The translations under genes and the position numbers were made by a program. Under the pieces are notes generated by a model. It made no database searches. It was given only the letters and a program-made list of their open reading frames with translations, and had not been told where the DNA came from. Shown piece by piece: positions 1-12,869 of a stretch of DNA of 64,000 nt. Where the stretch lies: positions 21,390,001 to 21,454,000 of the forward strand of contig OZ024743.1 in assembly GCA_964016885.1 (NCBI GenBank), in the 5' to 3' direction. Source of the stretch: Eledone cirrhosa (Eukaryota). Every line of letters begins with the position of its first letter. Within the stretch, counting starts at the first letter, position 1.

Positions 1-221
1 ATGTGAATACACGCCCGCAGAGTGATATAGTTATATGAACGTGCCGGCTTATGAGCACGCATATATCTGAGTGTGTGCATATGCAGAGATACAGACATGT
101 GTAAGTATATACACGTGGGTGTGTGTCTGTAGCTAGTATACTCTGTGTGAGTGTGTGTGCGTGTACTAGTGTATAAGCTAACCCATATAGCTAGTGTAGC
201 AGTTATTTCATGTATCCATTT

Positions 222-227
222 TCACAC

Positions 228-281
<54 letters not shown>

Positions 282-335
282 ATAATAAATGGAAGACTAA
301 AATCCGAAGAGGGCTCGATAAGGATTATATATATG

Positions 336-429
<94 letters not shown>

Positions 430-500
430 TTTGCGCATATGTATATTTATATTCATTTATATATGCACATACACACACACTCTCTCTCTATCTCTCTCTC
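222..500. repeat. Compound (CA)n/(AT)n/(GT)n/(CT)n microsatellite with an embedded 47-nt dispersed motif (279-325)
   Basis: Dinucleotide tracts read directly; the ORFs over it are YI/TH/VC low-complexity artefacts. Confidence 0.95.
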
Positions 501-736
501 AGATCAAAGCTGGTTGTTGAATTATTGGTTATACACACACTTGTACGGATAAATGTTGGTGGTCATTTGTATCCATCGTGAGTGATCAGTCTTATGATGG
601 TTAGGGTCAGTCGATAAAATCGACTTCAATACACGACTGGTATATATTTTATAGGCACAGCAGCGATGGAGGGTTAAGTGAATTTCGACAACATTCGAAT
701 ATAGAATTTAAAGGGCAATAATTTAATAATAATAAT

Positions 737-885
737 AATTGTTTCTACTTTTGGTACAAGGCCAGCAAATACCCAGTACATTACTGGTACTTTATTTTAT
801 CGACCCCAAAATGATTAAAGGCAAAGTTAACCTCGGCGGGATTTGAACTCAGTCCGTAAAGGCATGGCGTCCGACTCTCTACCGA
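737..885 (-). mobile_element. tRNA-derived SINE (Octopus-type, Meta-like central domain), partial
   Basis: Reverse complement of the window consensus GAGTTCAAATCCCGCCGAGGTT...GGGGTCGATAAAATAAAGTACCAG...AAAGTAGAAAC. Confidence 0.8.
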
Positions 886-1329
886 TATGTGAATGGAATT
901 AAAATAGATATCAGTATCATGTGAAGATGGTGTTTAATTCCCTGATTAGTCATGATCGAGTACGCTTATGGCCAAAGTTGTTCTACCTATGAACAGCCCG
1001 AACTTTGTTCAGACATTTTTCATGAATACATTATTCTAGGTGACCTTTCGTTTTTAAGACGTCGGTGTATGCAATGATAGAAATTGACAGTGACTTCTAT
1101 GAAAATGCATCCTAAATCAATTTAATTCTGATGCCGATAAAGACAAATTAAAACAAAGTTTTCGCGGTGCACTGTACATGTAAGTGGAATTTCCCTAAAG
1201 CAGGAGGGGGAGTTCAGCTATCTCAGGCCGTTTTCAAGAGTGATGGAAGACAAGAGACGGAATTAAATGCAAGAATTGCATAAGATGTTGCAGAAAAGCA
1301 ACTGCTTAGGCGTAAAAGCTAAATTCACT

Positions 1330-1780
1330 ATCTTCACTTTATTGTTTGTGCTTACACTTATAGTCATGAATCTTTGGTAATAACCGAAAGAATAGGATCA
1401 CGAATACAATCAGGTCTTTCGAGTAACGAAACACTATAAAGTGCATAACTCAGAGAACAAGGAGTCGCTCTAGGTATAACTGCTACTTCTCTGAATTGAG
1501 AGTTCACCGCTCCGATACTACGAACATGTGGTAATGATGGCTACAGAAAAAATGGCTGAACAATTTTTACAACCAAAGCCAACTGACAAGAGAGCCAGAG
1601 GTATACGACAAACAAGATGGTTCGATATCACCCAGGAGCTCGGTTAGTCTCGCTTGGATATCTAGGTGGATCAGAGACCGATGCTTCTAATAGGCCCCTC
1701 TGAAACGTGTGTTTGAGGACTCTCCCCCTCCCCCCACAACCCTTTCAGGAATAATTGGGTGAAGAAGAGCATATGAGGAT
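1330..1780 (+). mobile_element. Decayed RTE-clade LINE 3' fragment
   Basis: LRYYEHVV-like motif and a 3' end resembling 44380-44460 and 52435-52512; boundaries approximate. Confidence 0.55.
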
Positions 1781-1872
1781 TGGTATTTTACAAACCTTTA
1801 TTGAATAATAAAAAAAAGACCTATAAATAGATATTTGAACCTTGACAGAGTTCTAAATGATAAGTAATTAAT

Positions 1873-2059
1873 TGTTTCTACTTTAGGCACAAGACCAGCA
1901 AATACCCAGTGCATTACTGGTACTTTATTTTATCGACCCTGTAAGGATGAAAGGCAAAGTCAACCTCGGCGGGATTTGAACTCAGATCGTAAAGGGACGT
2001 AACTATGCTGGAAAGCATGGCGTCCGACCCTCTACTGATACTGCCAATCCACCGCCCTT
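1873..2059 (-). mobile_element. Full-length tRNA-derived SINE with 19-bp TSD
   Basis: A-box TGGCAGTATCAG and B-box GAGTTCAAATCC on the minus strand; TAAATGATAAGTAATTAAT at 1854-1872 and 2060-2078. Confidence 0.9.
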
Positions 2060-2204
2060 TAAATGATAAGTAATTAATCCATTAGTTTTTGAGACAGTTT
2101 TGTGTCATATTGATCAATTTGCTCTTCATACTATGAACATTTAATGGTGACTTTACATTGAATTACAGTTCCTGTGTCGCTAAATCTTGGGGGTGCTATA
2201 ATAA

Positions 2205-2580
2205 GGACTTCTAATTTAGGCACAAGGCCAGTAATTTGGGGGAAGGGAAAGTCGATTAAATCGACCCCAGTACGTTATTGGTGTTTTATATTATTGACCC
2301 CGTAAGGATGAAAGGCAAGGTTAACCTCGGCAGGATTTGAACTCAAATCATAAAGGGCCATAACTCTATGCTGCAAAGCATGGTATCCGACTCTCTACCG
2401 ACACCGCCCTTGAGGGTGGTATAATAATGGTTTCTTATATAGGCACAAGGCCTGATATTTGTGGGAATGGGGAAATCGATTATATGGACCCCAGTAGTTG
2501 ACCTCGGCAGGATTTGAATTCAGAGAATGCAGAGAACCAGAACGGATACAATTTTAACGACTCTGCCAACTCGCCGCCTG
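2205..2580 (-). mobile_element. Two adjacent older SINE copies
   Basis: Both carry AGGCACAAGGCC, ACCTCGGCAGGATTTGAA and a CCGCC head end. Confidence 0.75.
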
Positions 2581-2663
2581 AAATATAAATATAGGTTCCA
2601 TGGTGTTTTGGAAAATCGTGTAAGGGTTTGGAGACAAAGTAGCTTTGGGAGCAATCAGTTTAA

Positions 2664-2884
2664 CCCTTTAGTATTTACATTACTCTATATATACTATTGT
2701 ATTTTCACAGTAAAGGCTTTATCTCGCGTAGTTATCTCACATAATGTCGAATCTACGAGATTTTGATGTTATTTATTTTGAGAACAATACCTTAACATCA
2801 GTATGAACGGCCAGGTACAGCTGGTTTAAACAGAAAGAAGTGAGAGATTTCTGGCCAGATATGGCCGGTTTAAATGCTAAAGGG
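2664..2884. mobile_element. piggyBac-type MITE (TTAA TSD, CCCTTTAG...CTAAAGGG termini)
   Basis: TTAA|CCCTTTAGTATTTA...TAAATGCTAAAGGG|TTAA; homologous copies at 21956-22174 and 63231-63445. Confidence 0.85.
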
Positions 2885-3380
2885 TTAACCATATCCGGCC
2901 AGAAAGTGTGTATTTTAAGTTAAGAAGTTTAAAAGGGCAACAATTATTCATTTCTAAACAAGCACAAGGTTTTTAATATGGATGATTTTATTGAACCTGT
3001 TCTTGACTAATACTTTATTTTATTAACCCCGCAAGCCGTTTTGAATGACTCTCTGTCGATTCTGTCACCTCCGTGTGTTTACAATCTAATTCTATCCTGG
3101 CTGTTTTATTAAAAGTTTAATTTGAGAGTTACCTCCCCTGTACTGCTAAATCTTGAACAGATTCATATAATTATTAATCAAGAAAAATCAAACGTCTGGT
3201 TGTATTTTATATTTTCGCTCCATTTCTTTGAGAAGTCTTTTTATATCATAAACACCCGTCATCTATGATTTATTGATTCTTTCTTTTAAATTTACAAAAT
3301 ATCGTCAATATACAACTCAGGATAATCGTATCATTGAGAAGAAATAATAGAGTATTTCTTTTAAATCGAAAACAATTTCA

Positions 3381-3384
3381 CCTC

Positions 3385-3450
<66 letters not shown>

Positions 3451-3553
3451 TCTCCCATTGTGCGTGTGTGTAACTATATGAGTGTGTTGAGAGAGAGAGA
3501 GAGGGGAAGCGAGAGCGAGAAGGCGAGCGAGAGAGAGAGAAAGAGAGAGAGGG

Positions 3554-3624
<71 letters not shown>
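3381..3624. repeat. (CT)n followed by (GA)n microsatellites
   Basis: Read directly. Confidence 0.95.
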
Positions 3625-3629
<5 letters not shown>

Positions 3630-3669
3630 TAGATATCAGCAACTTAAACCAGTGATCGCTCACTGATAC

Positions 3670-3870
3670 ACGTCCGGACACAGTAGGAGATATCCAGGCC
3701 CATGCCACCTCGTGATCCCAGAGAACACCGTGTGTGGCTAACTCCATCCCCATAGCAATGGGTAGGGAGGTGTTTCGGGGACCAAGAACACAAGAAGTAG
3801 ATACCATAATAGGTTCAACGACAAACCTATCGGAAAGCGAACGATACTACAGCAGCTTGCGATCTTCGGA
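3670..3870 (-). pseudogene. Possible CRE-like LINE restriction-like endonuclease C-terminal fragment
   Basis: Minus translation EDRKLL*YRSLSDRFVVEPIMVSTSCVLGP resembles the E..K..KY..L...F.P.AVET.G..GP motif of CRE elements. Confidence 0.5.
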
Positions 3871-4943
3871 TTTGAACAGTCAGTCTTCAAAGATTCTTCT
3901 GAGTTTCATGACAGTTTTTAAGGGAGGTAACTCTGGATTGTCAACAGAAACATTAAATTTTATGGAACTGTAAACCTCATTAATATCCTCCCTCTCTCAT
4001 TCGTTCATCTCTTTCGATAAATGGTGGGTGGATGAATGGATGGATGCGATGTGGTGAGTGAGTCGTAGAGGCACCGTAGTAGTATTCAACATCTCTTGGG
4101 AATTTTTAAAGCCTGGTGGAGTCCATTCCTTCTCCATGTCTGAAAACACCTGATTTCTTCCAGAGGAAAGAGAGGGTGAGAGAAAAGAAATGAGAAAAAA
4201 TATAGAGGAAAAACTACCCAAGACTGAACTGGAACTCATTACTGATCTCGAAGTATGAATGGCAAAGTTGACTTCGACGGGCTTTGAACTCAAGGCGTAG
4301 AGAGTCGGAATGAATAACACAAAGTATTCTATCTGATGTTTTAATGACTTTGGCAAATCGCCGCCTTAAATAATCGAGTACAAAAGCATAAAAAGTTGAC
4401 TCTTAATATACAGGTACTAAGACACTCGCCCAATTGTCAGTGGAATCATATAATTTCACTGTCAACAACTTTCAGTCTCTCCATTCTTCCACAAAATACA
4501 CTACGTTTGCACTTACTCCGATGAAGCCAATATTAGATGCGAACCGAAGCCAAGATATGGCTGTGTGATAGTTCATAAATAGCTAATGAAATACAATTAA
4601 CAGCTCTAATTTTTAATTTCTGCCTGACCAACAACCGCTCTGCATAATCAGCTCCTGATTATTTACTAGATTTCTATAAGAATATAACATCAGTGATCTC
4701 GGTAGACAGGAGGGGTAGTTGGCCTTGATAAGCTTCAACCAAAGCGAAACAAGACTTGTCGGCTTATCTCCCCTGTTTGCTGAGATCAAAGTAAGTGAAT
4801 TTGTCACTACTTTAAAACAATAGCTTACGGTCTTCAAAATGCTTTTAATTAAGCATAAAGTGTATTGCAAAATACATTATATATACATCCATATATATAT
4901 TGCTATTTCAGAGCTCCAATTCTAATTCATAATATATATGTAA

Positions 4944-5056
<113 letters not shown>

Positions 5057-5184
5057 ATGCAATACACATTCAATACCACTCTACACCATATCTTAATAAA
5101 TATTACCATCTTTATATTACATACCACCACGCAATACTCTACATCTGCTATAGTCTACGAACACTAACACGTGTACGATCTCAC

Positions 5185-5234
<50 letters not shown>

Positions 5235-5375
5235 GTTAAAATACTGGAGCGTGTTGGAGTTAAACACCCTCTTCGTATTATAGAAATGACAGTAAAAGGT
5301 ATAGCTCAATGTAGTTAAACAGTGCCGAAAAATTAAGAGAGTAAAACAAAGAAGCCTTCAATACATCAAAAGTCT

Positions 5376-7619
5376 GAGCTGCATAGAAACTATAAAAAAA
5401 CTACGCTTGAGAATTTGAACCACATCAATAGTGAGGGCCTTAGAATTGTCTCTGACCTCGGCCTCGATAAGTATACCCAGCCATATTACCCTCGAGAACC
5501 GAGATTCACTCTTAAGGATCATAAGGTTGATTTTATTAGTAACCCCTCTGTTAGACTCATCTGTCCTTCTAAGTCTGATATAGCCATTATCAGTAAAAAA
5601 ATCCTTGACCTTATTATACCAGATGTTAGGGATAAGGTTAATTTTAACCTATGGGGGAACACTAAGGAAGTTATAGATTGGTTCTCCGGGATTAATAGAC
5701 TTGAATCTAATAAGTTTATCCAATTCGATATTGATGCCTACTACACATCAATTTCACCCATCCTCCTCAATAAAGCTTTAATGTTGGCCATGAGAGTGTC
5801 CAGCCTTACACGATCACAGGTAGATATTATACTAGCAGCCCGTAAAACTATTATTAAATTTGAGGACACATTTTGGACCCGTAAAAACACGCCCAATAAT
5901 TTCGACGTTACAATGGGTTCGAGTGATTCGGCCCAGGTTACTGATCTTGTTGGGTTGTTCCTCCTTAATGAACTATATGCTACCTTCCCGCACCTTATAG
6001 GCGGACTATATCGTGATGATGCATTGTTTGTAATTAACTCTAGCACCAACAATGTAGAACATAATAAGAAGAAGCTTTATAAGTTTTTTAAAAGCTATAA
6101 CCTTTCGATCACGATAGATAGAAATGATAGAGCGGTTAACTTTTTAGATGTGACTTTGGACTTGGTCACTAATAGTTTTAAACCCTTCCATAAGCCTAAT
6201 GAAATACTTTCTTATGTTAGTCCCAATTCTAACCACCCCAAGTCTATGATAAGCTCTATAATTAAGGGTGTATCTAATAGGATTTCCACACTCTCTAAGG
6301 ACGTAGGAACATTTAATGAACATGCGGAGTACTATAATAATGCCCTAGCAAATTCAGGTTACTCTAGTAAAATACACTATAATAATAGTAACCTTAGAAA
6401 GTCTCCGCTTACTTTTAATAATAATAACATAATATCACATAATATGGCCATGAATGGGAGTAGCAAACATAGTAACCGTAAAAATTATATAGGCGTATCT
6501 GAACCCATCCATAAGTTAACCCACCGGACTCGTAATAGTGAATATAATACCTCTAGGAAACAAGTTGAACCCCCTGAGCGCTCACACATTGGTGATAATT
6601 TTGCTGGATCTTATTCTAATAATGTTGCTCCTACTGATCCTATCATTGGCCTTAATCCTTATGATGGGATTCCGGACAGCAGCAGATCTACTGGAGGTAG
6701 AAACTGTAATAGACTTAATGAAATTTTGGCTGATTCTATGAATGCGGCTTTAACTAATCCTTGTAGTAACCCTAGTCTCGATGGTGGGATATTTGATAAT
6801 GGTAGAGTCGGTAAGAATAAAAATAGAAGGCGATTAAATACTTATTTTAACCCGCCATATAATCAGGAAGTATCAACTAATATCCCTAGGTCTTTCTTCT
6901 CTATCTTAGAGAAAAATTTCCCCCCTTCTCATAAATACCATAGTATTTTTAATAAAAATGTTATTAAACTTTCATTCTCTACCACCCCTAATATTAGTTC
7001 TCATTTAGCTAGCACTAACAATAGGAAAATTAGGGATGGATTCTCCTCTCTAGATACTACTAGTCTGAACAGATCTGGCAATGCATTACCACCAGAACAG
7101 TCCTTATCTAATAGCAATCCTACGTGTAATGCATCACCACTTGAGCCAACCAATAACACCCGGAAGTGCAATTGTAGAGTGAGTGCTAACTGCCCTTTAA
7201 ACGGTAACTACCTTTCTAAGAACATTGTCTATGCTTGCGAAGTTATAACTAATTCCTCTAATAGAACTTATATAGGCTCTACATCTAACACTTTTAAGAC
7301 TAGGTTTAACTCTCATATCTCTAATTTCAAACATGTTAAGTTTAAGAATTCTACTTCTTTAGCACATTATATCTGGGATCTTAAGGGAGCTAATATACCA
7401 TATAGCCTTAACTGGCGTTTAGTAGCACGCTCTAACCACCTTTCTACACATACTAAGTTTTGTAATCTCTGTATCCTCGAGACACACTCTATAATTTTCT
7501 CTAGCGTATCCTTACTTAATAGAAAGTCTGAGATATCCTCTTCTTGCCCCCACGCTATTTCTAATTCATACTTTTATTATAAACCTAAACGTTCTAGTAG
7601 TACAAATTGTACCCATTAG
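5376..7619 (+). CDS. PLE reverse transcriptase - GIY-YIG endonuclease polyprotein (5'-truncated, frame open)
   Basis: RT motifs FDIDAYYTSI, MGS, YRDD, FLDVTL; HPKS thumb; CNCx5CPLNG; IVY..RTYIG GIY-YIG; CNLC..E..CPH. Frame is open from the inversion junction at 5376 (annotated ORF starts at 5415). Confidence 0.9.
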   Translation, partial: ELHRNYKKTTLENLNHINSEGLRIVSDLGLDKYTQPYYPREPRFTLKDHKVDFISNPSVRLICPSKSDIAIISKKILDLIIPDVRDKVNFNLWGNTKEVIDWFSGINRLESNKFIQFDIDAYYTSISPILLNKALMLAMRVSSLTRSQVDIILAARKTIIKFEDTFWTRKNTPNNFDVTMGSSDSAQVTDLVGLFLLNELYATFPHLIGGLYRDDALFVINSSTNNVEHNKKKLYKFFKSYNLSITIDRNDRAVNFLDVTLDLVTNSFKPFHKPNEILSYVSPNSNHPKSMISSIIKGVSNRISTLSKDVGTFNEHAEYYNNALANSGYSSKIHYNNSNLRKSPLTFNNNNIISHNMAMNGSSKHSNRKNYIGVSEPIHKLTHRTRNSEYNTSRKQVEPPERSHIGDNFAGSYSNNVAPTDPIIGLNPYDGIPDSSRSTGGRNCNRLNEILADSMNAALTNPCSNPSLDGGIFDNGRVGKNKNRRRLNTYFNPPYNQEVSTNIPRSFFSILEKNFPPSHKYHSIFNKNVIKLSFSTTPNISSHLASTNNRKIRDGFSSLDTTSLNRSGNALPPEQSLSNSNPTCNASPLEPTNNTRKCNCRVSANCPLNGNYLSKNIVYACEVITNSSNRTYIGSTSNTFKTRFNSHISNFKHVKFKNSTSLAHYIWDLKGANIPYSLNWRLVARSNHLSTHTKFCNLCILETHSIIFSSVSLLNRKSEISSSCPHAISNSYFYYKPKRSSSTNCTH

Positions 7620-8771
7620 CTGATATATTCCATTATTTATTTTTTAGTTTAGGTTCTTTTGTTTGCCAACATTATTATTATCATCATTATTATCATTGGT
7701 TTTTGATGACTCTTTATTCTAGCTCTCATAATCTTTTGGCTACTGTACCATATCTATCTTCTTACGCATTAAATTTTCACTATTACACCTTATGAATGTA
7801 TATAAGATTATATATTTTACGCTATTTATTTTATTTTATTCTTATTTTTATTTTTATTCGGATTCTTCTTTGGATACCCCCCCCCCCCCCTTTCCCCCCC
7901 ATGCGTACATAAACTTATTGTCAACCCCTCCAAATTGACTATGATTATATTTAACCCCCCCCCTTTTACGCTCCTTTCTATTATGTAATATAGTATATCG
8001 ACTATATTTTATGCCTCTTTGGATCCTCCATATATTTCTTCATTTCTGTCCCTATTAGCCTACCTTAATTCTGCTTAAGTCAGTTTTTTAGATATCGTTA
8101 TGTATATGATAGTAAAAAATTTTCATTCCTTTTTGTAAACATTTGTAACGAAATATTAACGTTTATAAACTTTAATTACTTAAACTATAGCTAATATTAT
8201 ACTGCCTTATTGGATAGTTTAAATATTTTTAATATTAATTTATCAAATAGGGTTTTCGAGTAATTTACAGGGGTTGTTTCCTTAGTTTTTACTTAACTAC
8301 TTAACTGCATGTGAGACCTAAATGTATACGTTTGTTTTTGTTTTTTAATTTCCGGTTGATTCTATTTATTTATTTTATTCTATATTTTATATTTTATATT
8401 TTATTTGTAATACTACTGTGCATTATATTTACTGTCTGGCACTTACTCACTCATCCATATACATGTCTGTCTACCAACCTTGTAATTATAAGTAATTATA
8501 TATTATATTATGTTAATTTATTTTATATAATATATTATATTATATTGTATTTTTTATTGTAATATTGATCCTTATTACTTACTATTAATTATATGTAACA
8601 TTATGATATGTTAAACTTTATATATCATGTAAGATGTTTGTATTTTTTGTACCATCAAAATTTTTTGGGGGGTATTGTACAATTTATTTTTCCTCACCTA
8701 CTCTGTAACCCAGTATGAATTGATTTGTTAACTTGAGTACCATTATATATTGTTTATTATAAATGTTAGTA

Positions 8772-11440
8772 AAAAGCCTTCCCTAGTGAGGAATGTACAT
8801 CCCAACATAGCTTAGTTGTCAGCGACCTCACGGTCAGAACTAGACGAGCCCTGAAACAGAGGCCAACCTGGAGAAGAAAGATCTGGAAGCTGAAAGTCCC
8901 CTCAACCAGTAACAGATTTAAAGATATTTTACTCAACGCCTACGACAGTAAAGAAGAACAGATAGAGACATTTAACGTAGAAGAGAACTGGGAGTTCCTA
9001 AAAAATAACTTACTAGAGGCGACGGATGAGGTTTGTGGCTGGAGTAAGACCTCAAGCAGGAGGAGAGTGACTTGGTGGTGGAACAATAAGGTAGATGAAG
9101 CAGTCAAGGCCAAGAGACAGGCATGGAAAGAATGGAAGAACGGGGGGAGCAGGGTACATTACATAGAGACCAAGAGGGAAGCTAGGCGACAAGTATACTT
9201 AGCTAGGAGGGAAGCAGAGGATAGAAAATTCAAGCATGTTTTACAACGTGAGGACCAGAAACAGGAGGTATTCAAGATTGCGAGGCAGTGTGTCAGAGAT
9301 AGTTGTGATGTCATTGGAGAGAAGTGTATCCGGAATGATAAAGGTGAGCTTGCCCTCACAAGTGCTGAGAAGAAAGATGCATGGAAGAGTCATTATGATA
9401 GATTACTAAATGAGGAGAATGCATGGGAAGAAGAGACCCTACCCCACGTAGACCCTATAGAGGGACCAGCAGTACAAGTCAGCGGCAGCGTAGTAAGTAA
9501 GGCAATCAGAGATATGAAGATAGGGAAGGCAACCGGTCCATCGGGTATAGCTGCCGAGATGCTGAAGGCATCTGGGTCTGTAGGTCACACTATAACCACA
9601 CGTATCGTTAACCAGGTAATACTAGAGGGGGCCATACCAAAAGATTGGTGCAGTAGCATCATTGTCAACTGCTACAAAGGTAAAGGCGATGCACTAGATA
9701 GAGGAAACTATAGAGGTATAAAGTTGATGGACCAGGTCATGAAAGTAACAGAAAGAGTTATAGCACAGCTGATTAGGGACCGGGTGAATATAGACGAGAT
9801 GCAATTTGGGTTTGTACCAGGGAAAGGCACCACTGATGCGCTCTTCCTTGTGAGGCAATTACAGGAAAAGTACCTAGCTAAAAGTAAGCCACTCTACTTG
9901 GCATTTGTCGACCTTGAGAAAGCCTTTGACAGAGTTCCACGTGCAGTAATCTGGTGGGCTCTTAGAAAACTAGGAGTAGATGAATGGCTTGTGAAAGCGG
10001 TACAAGCCATGTATAGGGGAGCAGTCAGCAAAGTTAGGATTGGCAATGAGTATAGCGAGGAATTTAGCGTACAGGTTGGGGTCCACCAGGGCTCTGTTCT
10101 TAGCCCTCTCCTGTTCATCATAGTCCTGCAGGCAATAACGGAGGAGTCTAAGACCGGATGCCCATGGGAACTCCTGTATGCTGATGACCTCGCACTCATA
10201 GCTGAATCTATGGTAGAACTAGAGAATAAATTCCAAACCTGGAAGCAGGGACTAGAGAGAAAGGGCCTCAAAGTCAACATGACAAAGACTAAGGTCCTTA
10301 TAAGTAGACGAGAAAACAGAACCCAGATCCCCTCAGGGAAATGGCCTTGCTCAGTATGTAGGAAAGGTGTAGGTAGGAACTCCATTCTTTGCCCCAAATG
10401 CAAACAATGGGTACACAAGAGATGTAGCGGGATCTCAGGAAGCTTAATTAAGAATGTAGGATTCACATGCAGCAGCTGTGCTGAAACAGCAAGCAAACAG
10501 CCACAGGAAACAAGTACCACCAATCTTTGGGAGGGCCCTGTAGAAACAGTAGACAGCTTCTGCTACCTAGGTGACCGAATTAGCAACGGAGGTGGGTGCT
10601 CAGAAAGTACAATAACTAGGGTAAGAACGGGATGGAAGAAGTTTAGGGAACTACTACCACTGCTAGCTGCAAAAGGCTTCTCCCTCAGAATGAAAGGCAG
10701 ACTGTATGATGCGTGTATCCGAACAGCGATGTTGCATGGTAGTGAGACCTGGGCGCTGAAGGTGGAAGACTTACGTAGATTAGAGAGAAACGAAGCCTGC
10801 ATGCTCCGATGGATGTGTAACAGTAATATACGTGAACGACAAAGCATAAATGAATTGAGAGAGAGACTGAGCATAAGAGGAATCAAATGCTGCGTGCAGG
10901 AGAGGCGGTTACGCTGGTATGGACATGTGATGCGTATGAAGGATGACAGCTGCATAAAAAGGTGCAGAGCACTAGAAGTTGATGGAAACCGCGGAGTGGG
11001 GAGACCCAAGATGACTTGGGATGAGGTGATAAAAGCCGACCTTACCCAACTACACCTCTCAAAGTCAATGACACACGACCGTGACTTCTGGCGTCACGCA
11101 GTAATACAGGGTACCCGACCTCCCATGGGTACATGCTGAAGCATATAAACGATATGCCCCCCCCCCCCCACCGCAAGGTGGTCGTGGAGGTGCCACGGCA
11201 AAAAAGCACCCAGCCCACACTGTAAAGTGGACGTGTAGGCGCCACGAAAAAGCACCCAGCACTCACTGTAAATGAGGTTGGTGTTAGGAAGGGCATCCAG
11301 CTGTAGAAATCAAGCCAGATCAGTTCCTGTATGAGCAAGGCATGGTCAGCCGACCAGACACTGCCCACAACAGGACAACCCGTCTAACCCATGCTAGCGT
11401 GGAAGAACGGACGTAAAACGGTGATGATGATGATGATGAT
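8772..11440 (+). mobile_element. Young RTE-clade LINE, 5'-truncated, inserted in the PLE 3' UTR
   Basis: (GAT)n tail; ~21-bp TSD TGT(T/A)TATTATAAATGTTAGTA at 8751-8771 and 11441-11461. Confidence 0.93.
8773..11139 (+). CDS. RTE ORF2 (end of APE endonuclease, RT with internal PHD-like finger, C-terminal domain)
   Basis: SQHSLVVSDL, NYRGIKL, QFGF, FVDLEKAFD, GVHQGSVLSP, YADD, FCYLG, RLRWYGHV; no stops from 8773. Confidence 0.92.
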   Translation, partial: KAFPSEECTSQHSLVVSDLTVRTRRALKQRPTWRRKIWKLKVPSTSNRFKDILLNAYDSKEEQIETFNVEENWEFLKNNLLEATDEVCGWSKTSSRRRVTWWWNNKVDEAVKAKRQAWKEWKNGGSRVHYIETKREARRQVYLARREAEDRKFKHVLQREDQKQEVFKIARQCVRDSCDVIGEKCIRNDKGELALTSAEKKDAWKSHYDRLLNEENAWEEETLPHVDPIEGPAVQVSGSVVSKAIRDMKIGKATGPSGIAAEMLKASGSVGHTITTRIVNQVILEGAIPKDWCSSIIVNCYKGKGDALDRGNYRGIKLMDQVMKVTERVIAQLIRDRVNIDEMQFGFVPGKGTTDALFLVRQLQEKYLAKSKPLYLAFVDLEKAFDRVPRAVIWWALRKLGVDEWLVKAVQAMYRGAVSKVRIGNEYSEEFSVQVGVHQGSVLSPLLFIIVLQAITEESKTGCPWELLYADDLALIAESMVELENKFQTWKQGLERKGLKVNMTKTKVLISRRENRTQIPSGKWPCSVCRKGVGRNSILCPKCKQWVHKRCSGISGSLIKNVGFTCSSCAETASKQPQETSTTNLWEGPVETVDSFCYLGDRISNGGGCSESTITRVRTGWKKFRELLPLLAAKGFSLRMKGRLYDACIRTAMLHGSETWALKVEDLRRLERNEACMLRWMCNSNIRERQSINELRERLSIRGIKCCVQERRLRWYGHVMRMKDDSCIKRCRALEVDGNRGVGRPKMTWDEVIKADLTQLHLSKSMTHDRDFWRHAVIQGTRPPMGTC

Positions 11441-12069
11441 TGTATATTATAAATGTTAGTATATTATTATTATATTATTATTGTGACATCTATATTGTTT
11501 GTGTAAATTAACCGGAGATTATCTATTCTATTATATTGTATTATATAGTATATAATTGTATTGTTTATTATTTATTATATGTGCTACTTATAATTATATC
11601 ATATTATTACCTCATGTATATTGGGTAGATGTATTAGTATTATTATTATTATTATTTTCATTCCTATCATGCTTATTTTTATATTCAAACTCTTAATAAG
11701 GTTTAATTTGTGCAGTTGAAGATGGATGTGTGTATTGTTGTATGTGTATGTGTGTGTACGTGTGCGCACATATATACATATGCATATTGTACCTTTTGAT
11801 TTTTATTGTAATTTTAATGTTGGTAAAGGTATATTATATTATATTACATTGTATTATATATAATTCCTGCTCTATATAACCACCTTTGTTTAGCTCTAGG
11901 TTTTTTTGCTTTGGACTATATTTGTAATATGGTTCTTAATGTTATATACATCCTTAGTAATTTTTATTATATATTTTTATTATTTTGCAATACTTTAGTG
12001 TATGTACACTCCATATTCTTCGGAGCTTCCGGCTTGTATCTGCCGATATTACTTCTTGTTGTTTTAATT

Positions 12070-12107
12070 GCCCTGATGAGTCCTTAATAGGACGAAACAT
12101 TGTCGGC
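12070..12107 (+). ncRNA. Minimal type-I hammerhead ribozyme
   Basis: gcc CTGATGA GTCCT-taat-AGGAC GAAA CATTG TC^ ggc; intact core, GUC site, AATAAA at 12109. Confidence 0.85.
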
Positions 12108-12152
12108 TAATAAAGACTTTTGATGTATTGAAGGCTTCTTTGTTTTACTCTC

Positions 12153-12691
<539 letters not shown>

Positions 12692-12869
12692 TATATTCGT
12701 GTACAGATATTTTGGTATCACCACCATTAACAAGAGGAAGGCAACGACAGCAACAGTGACATTAACAACAACAACACATATGTGTATACATCAACATCTT
12801 ACCAACAATCACTACTACTACCACTACTATTAACAAGAGGAAGCCAACTCCAGCATCAGTGACAATAAC

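Noticed and set aside
203-581. Many ORFs rich in YI/TH/VC repeats here and at 14-19 kb, 33-36 kb and 41-43 kb
   Set aside because: Translations of dinucleotide microsatellites, not genes
4500-4850. CCGATGAAGC (+) and TTGAAGA..GAAATCTAGTA (-) hammerhead-like words
   Set aside because: Core mismatches and no convincing stems I and II
9894-11009. Long antisense ORFs over the RTE (also over the R4-like and PLE ORFs)
   Set aside because: Shadow frames of retroelement coding strands, with no recognisable motifs
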